From Balanoglossus misakiensis (Eukaryota > Animalia > Hemichordata), in the NCBI GenBank assembly GCA_040954595.2, contig CM082580.2, positions 7,418,390 through 7,482,389 of the forward strand: a stretch of 64,000 nucleotides of DNA, in the 5' to 3' direction. The position numbers were made by a program, and so were the translations under genes. Positions 1 to 10,222 of this stretch are shown here, piece by piece. Every line of letters begins with the position of its first letter. Within the stretch, counting starts at the first letter, position 1. Under the pieces are notes generated by a model. The model saw only the letters and a program-made list of their open reading frames with translations, was not told where the DNA came from and searched no databases.

Positions 1-3000
1 ATGAAAAGCTTCACGGCTTCTCTGGGTCTTTCTTTCAAACCGTCTGAGTTTTTCATTTTATTGGTATCTTTTTTGGTATCTGATTTGCGATCATCTTTCA
101 CCATCTCTTTTCGACTGCCCTGGGTTGGTTCAGCAGCCTTTATCCTGTTGTCATGTGTACGCGGTTGGACCCGATCACTGTTTAATGGCAACCACTGATC
201 AAAGCGTTGATTCCAGCCTAAATAGTGGATGTGCACATAACCAAGTCCGTCTTCTTCACCGACATCAAGAATTTTAGCTGGATACCTTTTACAATGAGAT
301 ATAAAAAGCGTTAATTCCAACGTAAAAAGAAAACTTTGTTACTAAGCATTCAAAGTTGGTCAGCCATGTTACAATCGAAATCTTACCATTTTCCAGAGTT
401 ATCCATTGCCTCTACTTTCATTCCACTTTTGAAGTCGATTCCAGCTCTTGATACGACTTTTATAATCTCAGACTTGCCGTCTTTCTGATCCTTGGCGATA
501 ACTTGCGTATCCTGTTTCTCATCAATAGATGCTGTACTGGAACTCTTCTCTGATTCTGCAGCACTTTCTTTCAAATCATCTGATTTCTCCATCTTCTTGC
601 TATCATTTTGTGATTTCTGATTCTCTTTCGTCCCTTCTTTGGGGTTCTTTTCCTTCTTTTCCTACAAATGAACACAATCAAGTGATGAGACATGCCACCC
701 CTTCCACTGTCAATGGTTTAGCCCAAAAACCTATGACCTTCATACCAACAAAATTAACTCACCGGGGTTGGTTCGGGAGCTTTGATCCTGTTGTCATGTG
801 TACAGGGTCGGACGCGACCACTGTCCAACGGAAACCACTGGTCGAAGCGTTGACTCCAGCCTAAATAGTGTATGTGCACATAACCAAGTCCAGATTCTTC
901 ACCGACATCGATAACTTTAGCTGGATACCTTTTACAGAGAGAGATAAAAACTTTTTTTCAATGACAAAATTGATACACATCGATCATGATGACAAGGCAA
1001 TATGTGAAAGTCTCCACCCTTCCTCTTTCCATGATGCAATGCAATACAGTCAAACCTGTCTATAGTGTCCAGTCAAGGGACTTTCATAAACTGGCCTTTA
1101 TAGACAGGTGGTCTTTATAGACAGGTCAATTCATGCACATGTAAATTGCACATTGACTGTAACATAGTGGCCACTATATAGAGGTGGTCACTAACATAGG
1201 TTTGACTGCAATCACTCCTGTCTCTGATTCTTTGTGATGATGATGGAATGAGTCAGGAATCGCTAGGCAAAAAACCTGAATATTTCCAAACTTTCTTGCA
1301 GGATGCAGGCAAGTCACATTCTTACCATTTTCCAAAGTTATCCCTAGCGTCAATTTTCATTCCAACTTCGTAGTCAATTCCAGCTCTTGACACGACTTTA
1401 CTCTCAGACTTGCCGTCTTTCTCATCTTCCCCATCACCTTTGGCACCCTGTTTCTTCTGACCCTCAACATTAACTTCCACTTCCTGTTTCTGTTCAAGAG
1501 CTGCTGCGCTGGAACTCTTCACTGTTTCTCCTGTGCTTTCTTTCAAATCATCTGATTTGTCCACCTTCTTGCTATCATTTTCTGATTTCTGATTCTCATT
1601 CGTCCCTTCTTTGGGGTTCTTTTCCTTCTTTCCCTACAAATGAAGACAATCGAGTGATGAGACCTACCACCCCTTCCACCATCAATTGGTTCAGCCCCAA
1701 AACCTTTGACATTCATGCAACATACCAAAAAAAACTTAACTCACCAAGGCAGTTTCAGCAGTCTCTACCTTGTTGTTGGGTGTACAGGGTCGGATGCGAT
1801 CACTGTTCAACGGAAACCACTGGTCGAAGCGTTGACTCCAGCCTAAATAGTGGATGTGCACATAACCAAGTCCAGCTTCTTCACCGACATCGATAACTTT
1901 AGCTGGATACCTTTTTAACAATGAGATATAAAAAAAAATGGCAAGGCCTGTTATCATTATGTTATAGAAACGACAACATCCCGACTTAATTTTCATTCTA
2001 TGAGACGACTGCTTCAATAATATTTTGTTTCAGGATCCAACACTCTTGCATGACATGTCATAACACTGGAGAAATTTTCTGGGTAATTAAACAATGAAAC
2101 AATGCCAATTTATCTGAATTAAACTTACCATTTTCCAAAGTTGTCCCGAGCTTCGATTTTCATTCCAACTCTGAAGTCGATTCCACCTCTTGACACGACT
2201 TTACTCTCAGACTTGTCATCTTTCTCATCTTCTTCATCACTTTTGGCATCCTGTTTCTCCTCATCCCCAACATTAACTTCCATTTCCTGACTCTCAATGT
2301 CTTTCTGATCCTCGACATTACTGGTAACTTCCATTTCCTGATGCTTCTGATCCTCTCCATCACCTTCCACAACCTGTTTCTCGCTGTCCCCCTCGCCCTC
2401 ATTAACTTCCACATTCTCTTTTTCGATTTCTTTCTGATCCTCGACATTAAGTTCCATTTGGGGCTTCTCGATTTCTTTCCCACCCTTGCCATCACCTTCC
2501 GCATCTTGGCTCTTTTGACTCTCCACATTAACTCCCATGTTCTGTTTCTCGATGTCTTCCTGATCCTCGACATTACTGATAACTTCCGCTTCCTGATTCT
2601 TCTGATCCTCGCCATCACCTTCCACATTCTGTTTCTGGATGTCCTCCTGGTCCTCAACATTCACTTCCATTTCCTGATTCTCAATTTCTTTCCCACCCTT
2701 GCCATCATCTCCCACTTCATGACTCTTCTGATCCTCCACATTAACTTCCATGTTCTGTTTCTCGCTGTCCTCCTGATTCTCAGCATTTACTTCCAAATCC
2801 TTTTTCTTTTCAAGAGCTGCTGTGCTGGAACTCTTCTCTGATTCTCTAGCACTTTCTTTCAAATCACCAGATTTGTCCATCTTCTTGCTATCGCTTTCTG
2901 ATTTCTGATTCTCTTTCGTCCCTTCTTTTGGGTTCGTTTCCTTCTTTCCCTACAAATGAACACAATCGAATGATGAGACCTTCCACCCCTTCCACTCCCA

Positions 3001-4267
3001 AATAGTTCAGCCCCAAAATCTTCAACCTTCACACTACAAAAATTAACTCACCAAGGTAGATTCAACAGCCTTTAACTCATTGTTGTGTGTAGTAAAGGGT
3101 CGTATCCGATCACTGTCCAACGGCAACCACTGATCAAACTGTTGACTACATCCTGAATAGTGTATGAACACATAACCAAGTCCAGCTTCTTCAGCGACAT
3201 TGAGAATTTTAGCTTGACACCTTTTACAAAGAGAAATAAGAATGAATTGATTCATGCATGTGTTAATATGCAAAAACTTGAATATTTCCAAACTTTCTTG
3301 TTATATAATGTAGGACACTTCCAGCTATGTAATATCCTTACCATTTTCCAAAGTTGTCCATCGCCTCGATTTTTATCCCCACTTTGAAGTCAATTCCACG
3401 TTTTGAAACGACCTTACTCCCAGACTTCCTTTCTTCAAGATTGACACCCGTCTTTAGTTTGTCGTCATCTGATTCACTGGAACTTGTCTTTTCTTCATCA
3501 TTTTTATGTTCTGTGTTACGATTTTCTTCTTCCATTTTATTTGAACTCCCTTCGTTCTTTTCCTGTGAATTGACACAAATGGTAGATGTGTTAAATACAC
3601 CCCTTTCAAATTCAAATGTCCTTTTCACAGCACAGCAATGTGATACAACTTTATTTAATTCTGTCTAATCTGGCAAGGTAGACACTGTGAAGATGGTAGG
3701 TAACAGAAACATAAACACGTACCACCAACTGGTTTGTGTTTTTAAATATCACACATTTTAATGCACAATCAGACAAGACTGAATGACCTTTTCTTGGGAC
3801 GGACAGCTGTTCTGTGTTATCAAAAGGATACAAGCGATTACGCGCCTTCTCTTTATATGGTAATAACAATTCCTTATATGGCAAAACCCGCCAAAAGTTA
3901 AATCACAGCGTCCCCTGAAATATTTGTTCATGGTCGATAATTCGACCTACTAAAAAAGAAACTTATAAAATGATAGCTGAATGAGTCGTTGTAGTAAAGT
4001 ACCTATCGAAGGAATGGCGGCAGTATTGCTGAGCGAAACGTAATGAACGTGTGACTTATATCAGTAAATTTGAAATAAACCGGGCGGGCATTTCACAAGT
4101 GTCACGCTCATTGCAGCAGTTGACATGTTGTTCTGAAACGCCGATACATGAGTGGCCAACCATGGTCGCTGTGTTTATAAACACTATATTCACGAGGCCG
4201 GGTTTGTGTGAGAGTGTTAAGTGCACGCACTTACCTGTATCTCCGTTAACTGTTCGCTTTTATCCAT
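1..4267 (-). CDS. PHF20/PHF20L1/MBD-R2-like multi-Tudor protein, 5' part (continues left of the window)
   Basis: In-frame GT-AG exons 4267-4235 (MDKSEQLTEIQ), 3562-3342, 3220-3052, 2949-2129, 1910-1745, 1633-1326, 928-763, 661-387, 285-<1. Four copies of SRxGIDFxVGMKIEAxDNxGKW|YPAKxxDVGEExGLGYVHIHYLGWxQRFDQWxPLxSDRxxP closely resemble PHF20-family Tudor domain 1; acidic/basic linkers lie between them. Orthology cannot be confirmed without the 3' part. Confidence 0.8.
1047..1208. mobile_element. Tc1/mariner-pogo-like MITE, copy 1
   Basis: TA|CAGTCAAACCT...AGGTTTGACTG|CA terminal inverted repeats; related copies at 19364 and 21349. Confidence 0.8.
2230..2795 (-). repeat. Coding tandem repeat (acidic QEMEVNVEDQKDIEK-type units) in a Tudor linker
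   Basis: Repeated units in ORF 2125..2880, including a higher-order ~70-85 aa duplication with GDGKGGKEIE/DDGKGGKEIE occurring twice. Confidence 0.85.
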
Positions 4268-5009
4268 AACTTTTTAAAGGTTCACACGTAGATATGCGCT
4301 TGTATGGCTTTCCGGATCCGAAAACTCCACACGCTCTCAGCCGTAAGCGGCGCTCTGCCCAACCCGGAATCTCCTATCCACGTGTGGGGATGTATGGGAT
4401 TCCATGGCATGACGGACGCTATTTATGCTGGAGATGCCTTGACGGAGAACGTTTCCGAAAGTTCCTGGTTTTTCTTGAACGGGTAAACTTTCAGAAGGGG
4501 TGTGAGTATTAGGAAAGGGATCGCCACGGTATGTATCCACAAATTTGCCGGTACGGTGTGTCTGTCAATAAAATGGAATAATCCCAATATGACCTTTGGC
4601 CTTTCTTCGATACTTTATTTACTCGTTGTAGTGAGGACAGAGTTTTAGTCAGCTAGCTTTCACCGCACCGGGTTGTGCTCTTGATCGAGTAAAGGTGCGT
4701 AGGTGTAGCTAGTTAGGGGATCGCCGGTAGGTAGGTTATGTTAAGAGTAATCTCCAGTCTGCAATCGACTTTTAACTTGTTGTGAAGAACGTTGCCAGAT
4801 CAGTTTCCGAGTTTGTTACTGCAGCAGGTAACGCCATCCTGTGTTCACGCCGAGGTCAAGTTATCCACTTGCATAACGTTCAAAACTGAGATGTTATATA
4901 TGTACTGTAAATTGTAAAAGTGGTTGGTGTTGGGGCCGATTACGTGCAAGGCGTCATTGGAGTCATTCTTCATAATTTAGATAATTGTTAGTAACATAGG
5001 ATATATTTA
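4268..5009. promoter_or_regulatory. Probable bidirectional CpG-rich promoter/5'UTR region between the Tudor gene and PNPO
   Basis: Head-to-head ATGs at 4267 (-) and 5010 (+); CpG visibly denser than in the flanking gene bodies. Confidence 0.6.
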
Positions 5010-8000
5010 ATGTTTGTACTAGTCAGAGCAGTTAAGAAGTGTAGGCCTGGTCTGGCACTGCAAGTTGCACGTACACGTCGGCCGTTCAGCGACAACACCT
5101 TCGACGAAATGTCTGCAACGACGAACAGTACCGACGATCACGGCATCGATGTTGCCGCGATGAGGAAGGCGTACAAAGCTGGACACGAGGCATTCATGGA
5201 AGACCACCTGGAATCCACGGATCCCATTGCCCAGTTTGCAGCCTGGTTCAAACTCGCCTGCGAAGACCCCAAAGTCCATGAGCCGAACGCGATGACATTG
5301 GCCACAGCTACAAAGTAAGAATTCTGCCCAGTCATTCTAGATAGAATTGTATTTTGCGATTGTACCACACAGGGTGTCCGGATCTGCGTCCTTGGTTGTT
5401 TGATTGTGTGTGCATATGTGTGTGAATGGTTTGTTTATAAACAACAACAAATAATAAAAGAACTAGCTTTATCATGTTTGTCAATAAAGAGCTGTGCAAA
5501 TAAACAAACAAACAGACACACACACTTGTACTTATACTGTTCACAACATGCTATGAACAAAATCTAGTATCTTTGACAATAAGCCAATTATGATTTGTAT
5601 ATTATTAGTTCTTTTATTTTGGAACGGTTCCAGTTCTTTCTTGTAGTGCACGTGATGGCTATAAACAAATCACACAAAAACAAACACAAAGATGTACACT
5701 TGGTATATGGCATTGCTGCAGTTGCTTAATTTACATATCAAAGAAATTTAACTGTATCAAACTTCACATACAAGGTAAATATCAGTATATATTTGGTGTC
5801 TGAAAATGTCACAAGTGGACCCCTTGCTTGCTTTACATGGCATAAATTTTTTGTGACTGAACTATCTCGAACTCTGAAGTACATGTACATATTTACCAAG
5901 TTTTGGCATCTGAGTTCTTTTGTCTCACCACTGATGTAGATCTGTGCCAAAAACATTTTTTTCGGGCATGCACGTGTGTGTGTGTGTGTGACTGATGTCA
6001 GCTGATTTTTCTGTATGATAATGCTGATTCTCTTATAGATTTGTAATATGTTTTACTTGTTTTGTATTTTGACTTTCTTAAGTTGCTTTTGTCTTCTGCA
6101 AGAGTTAAGATTGAGTGAAAGCTGTTTGTTTTCATGAGTGAATGAATAAATAAATTAATTTAAATGAACAAGAAATCCAGATATGTTGTTAAGAATGACA
6201 TCAATTCATTGATCGCTTCCAATCATTGTTAACACAGGGATGGCAAGCCATCAGCACGCATGGTCTTATTAAAAGGTTTCAGTAAAGATGGCTTCAAATT
6301 CTTCACTAATTACGGCAGCAGAAAAGGAGGAGAATTGGTAGGTCTGTGATTGAACTTGAAAGCCAGGAAAATGTCTAGTTTCTGATTTGCTTTTTGTGTT
6401 ACTTGGATTGACTTCCATTCAATCCAGTGCTGTCAAAGTCAAGGGCAAGCACTTTAGATTCTAAAAGACCATGTATTAATTGCTTTCTATTGTCAGTGGG
6501 TTTGAAAATATGTTAAAATCACAGGGGCGAAGTAAGATGGGGAGGGGGGGGGGGAATAATCCTGTAAAGAAACTGTTATTTTCCTGGCTATCAGTGGTAA
6601 ACTTTATGTAGTATACAATGTCACTGTTCTCTATGTGTGTCTAATTCATGATCTGTTTTGTGCACACAGAGATGGTAGGCCTTCATCAAGAATTGTATTG
6701 TTGAAGGGCTTTAACAAGAGTGGTTTTACATTTTTCACCAATTATAACAGTAGGAAAGGGAGAGAATTGGTATGTGGTAAAATCGAGCTAGTTTTATGAC
6801 CAGAGAGTTTAGGACAGTCACCCCCTGGGACATGCACCATCCAGACATTCACTCGTGTCCTGCTATGGGGATAAGTGTTAGGGGGTATAGAGTGTGAGGG
6901 GGGCGTCACACCTGGAAGGTAAATGTGTTGGGGCGACTGTTCTATGTAGCTTCTCTGGAGTTTGTTTTCTGCAATAGCTGTTGTTGGATGCTGCTGCATA
7001 TCTTGTTGCTGGTAAGCATTGCAATAGATTAACTGCTTTGGCTGACAGAAACCTCATTTAGCTCCTTGTGTGTGTAGATGAATTGGATTTAGATGTTAGA
7101 TAGATGACATAATTGTAGATTTTTCACATATTATGCAAGCTCAAATACACATTTGCTGCCATGGTATAAATGAATGTGGATTGGCTGTACTCCCTTCATC
7201 TGTGATTGGATGTAAGTGATGCAGAGTGCATTGATGGTTGCGTAGTTCCAGATTTCAAGGTTTGCTGAGTCTGTTTTGTAGTATTTATAATGTCACAGGG
7301 ACAGGAGGTTGCACGTTCGGGTTGTGTTTCTCAGGCCTCTGTAGAATTCTGCCAAATATTGCTGAAGTCATTGCCATAGTGAGAATAACCTCTATGAGAG
7401 AGAGAGAGAGAGAGAAGGAGAAAATGGGGAGAGGGAGATAGAGAGAGAGACTGCATAAGGCTTTTGTAAAATCTGCTTGTGCTAGAATCATCACATTGTT
7501 ATGGTCAGTATTTTCTGTCATGTCCTTTTGACACAGGCTGCCGAGACCCCGCTGGGTTAATCCTGTGTTTGATTTTTCCAAGGACATTTTCTGGCATGTT
7601 TTGTCCACATAAAACAAAGAAGCTACTGATACCTGTCATGACAACGTGACTGAAATGCTTTTCATCTGCTTGTTGCCAAAAGCAATTGCTTTGCATTCAC
7701 ATAAATATTAAAGCTTTAGCTGCCTTGTTTTGTCATGTGTTTTATAAAACCACCCTTTTTTACTGCATGAAGACAGGTTAAATAGAACCCTTCAGATGAA
7801 CACAATCCTAACTGATAATTTCCCTCCACTATGCAGATAAGCAATCCACATGCAGCATTGGTCTTCTACTGGGAGTCTCTGGTGCGATCGGTAAGTTTCA
7901 TGTTCACAAAGCATTATTGTGTAGCCGTTGATGTAGAAAAATCACCTTACCATGGGGCGGTCTGGAACAGTTTTGACTGAAGTCATTTTATACTGTAAAA

Positions 8001-8921
8001 TGGGTTATTTTTGTGAGCAATATTTTTTTGCTAACTGACTGTCTACAAGTTCTAATAATAAAGTTCTAAAAATGTACCATTTGAGATTTGACCCTTTTCT
8101 CGTTTTGACCAGATAAGAATTGAAGGCACCGTGGAAAAGCTATCGGAAGAGGAATCAACAAAATATTTTCTTTCGCGTCCGCGACAGAGTCAGATCGGAG
8201 CTTGCGTGAGCCATCAAAGTACGGTTATTGAAAGCCGAAAAGTGAGTGTCAAGGAAACCATCTTGTTGCATGAGCGTATTCTGTGATTTGTCTCGGTTAC
8301 CCAGACTCCTCTGCTTCTTCCGTTGCCCTCCAGGAGGAGGGTCTGGGGAAATACTATAGAAAAATCTTCGGGCAAAGATGGCCGCCTCGAGGCAAAAGTG
8401 ATGCATGATGGTCGACATATATGACATTTGATATTATGATATGATGATATTAGAAAACTATTTACAAAACTTCAATCTCTCTTCAATTTGTAGACAGTTT
8501 CAGCAGGACCAGCACTTCTCAGCATGTTTTTTTTATGTTCTTTAGGTACTGACACAACGAGAAACTGAACTGGAAGAAAAGTACGCAAACCCGGATGTAG
8601 TTATTCCAAAACCAGATTACTGGTAAGGCAAATTAGCCTGCACTTCTTCCTGGGTTCATCACAACTTGATAGTCCTGTATTGCTGTCAGGGTTACAGTCG
8701 TACGCACAGAACGTGTTCCTTAACCATGCATCTCTAATCTTTTCTTTCCCCACAGGGGAGGATTTCTCATCAAGCCCGAAGTGATTGAATTCTGGCAGGG
8801 ACAGAGCAGTCGAATCCACGACCGAATCGTCTTCAGGCGACGTCGCGATGGTGAAGTCGTCGATGAAAAGCTCACACATATGGCTGAAGATGGATGGGTG
8901 TACGAGAGGTTGTCACCGTGA
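5010..8921 (+). CDS. PNPO: Pyridoxine/pyridoxamine 5'-phosphate oxidase
   Basis: Exons 5010-5314, [6238-6337 or 6670-6769], 7837-7890, 8113-8241, 8546-8622, 8756-8921, all GT-AG and in frame. Motifs: [93 protein letters not shown]. Confidence 0.96.
6238..6337 (+). CDS. PNPO: PNPO alternative exon 2a (100 nt)
   Basis: acacag|G...TTG|gtaggt; encodes [33 protein letters not shown]. Confidence 0.92.
6670..6769 (+). CDS. PNPO: PNPO alternative exon 2b (100 nt), paralogous to 2a
   Basis: acacag|A...TTG|gtatgt; encodes [33 protein letters not shown]; same length and phases as 2a. Confidence 0.88.
6810..6944. repeat. Short inverted-repeat element (degenerate MITE-like)
   Basis: TAGGACAGTCACCCC ... 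GGGGCGACTGTTCTA imperfect terminal inverted repeat. Confidence 0.55.
7396..7450. repeat. (AG)n / purine-rich microsatellite
   Basis: Visible AG run; similar runs at ~10837-10862 and ~34118-34182. Confidence 0.9.
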
Positions 8922-10222
8922 CGATTTTTTTTGTTTTAATGGTAAATCAAGCTTAGGTCCTAAGCAATTGTGTGGTTCTGGTAGCCGACCTACCCTGATA
9001 TTTACCGTCAGGGCCAAATAAATACATAAAGAAGCAAATTTAATTTAAAAAGGATTTAGCATGAAATTAAAATGAATTATCAAATCTAGAGAGTGGAGGT
9101 GTTACAATAACACAGCCGTCTCGTTTTGATGTCCGGAACTGATCACAGCAATAGTAATATTTTGGATGCTTTCAAATCAACGGGAACTTAGAGAAATATT
9201 TTTAGCGTGTATTAGGGATCTTTTCTTCCTACCGGTACTTTTCATTACAGAAATTACCAGTTCAATCAGATATTCAGTAGATGCAGTTTTCTTGCCCCGG
9301 AGTTGTATATAGAATTCTTACCACTTTCAGAATAGCTCATGAAACCAAGATAATCTGTGTGTTCCCACTGTCCTCAATCCTTAGGTTTTTAACGATTGCA
9401 TGTATTCAAGAAATTACTCGAAAGCTCTGATACAACTTCTTCGGGGTTTTTGTTGTGGGTTGTTGATTCGTTTCCTCAGGGAGATGTGCCTTTGTCAATT
9501 TTTTTACAGAATAATAGTATAATACCATAGCTTTGAAATATTGAACACCACAATTATCATACGGAAGAGTATGTACATGTACTATACCAAGCACGTGTTC
9601 AGGGCAAATCATGAAATTTTAAATCCTCGGTTAAATGATTCACCTGCATGTATGACCAGTACTCTTCTCCTGACTTGTAATTTTCCAGTGGTGTGCATCT
9701 GTTTTCACAACAGTTCCTTGGATGAAATTGGGGAAATATCCCGAGGATCTAACTGCTGTATTTTAATTAAACCATAGGAAACCTGTAATAAAATTCTGGT
9801 GTAACTTCTCGGCATTGTTGTGTGGTGGTCGTCTTTTGAAATTTCTTTCATTAGCTGCTGCCGTTTTGCAGTTTAGCAGAGACCAAAATTTGTCTAAACA
9901 CTGTTGACAGCACGATGCGGTTATAAAAAGAAATTCGCAATACTCTGTGACTGTTTTTAACTCCAGAATTACCAGCAGTTAATTACTTTTTAATAGACTA
10001 CCAGGTACCGTGGCTGAACCATCGTGTAGTCTGTAAAAGTGCAATGAATCAGCAAGTACTGAAATCACTTAGTCAATTTATTGGTCAAAACAAAGCATAT
10101 GTTTACACGCATTTATACTATTTATACTAATAACGTCACAAATTTTGTGGCGCAGGCAAAAAAGCAATTATTACTGACACAGAGAAGTAAACATTAAAAA
10201 AAAACGAGGCAGTGATAATTTT

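Noticed and set aside
2341-2841. 166-aa hydrophobic plus-strand ORF and the overlapping Arg/Met-rich minus-strand ORF 2160-2660
   Set aside because: Antisense and alternative-frame shadows of the acidic coding repeat
4294-4512. Short plus-strand ORFs with donor-like sites, as a possible alternative PNPO first exon
   Set aside because: No PNPO motifs and a weak phase-compatible donor; more likely promoter or UTR sequence
8919-8935. PNPO stop TGA-C as a readthrough or selenocysteine site
   Set aside because: The stop follows the canonical RLSP terminus and no SECIS-like structure was recognised
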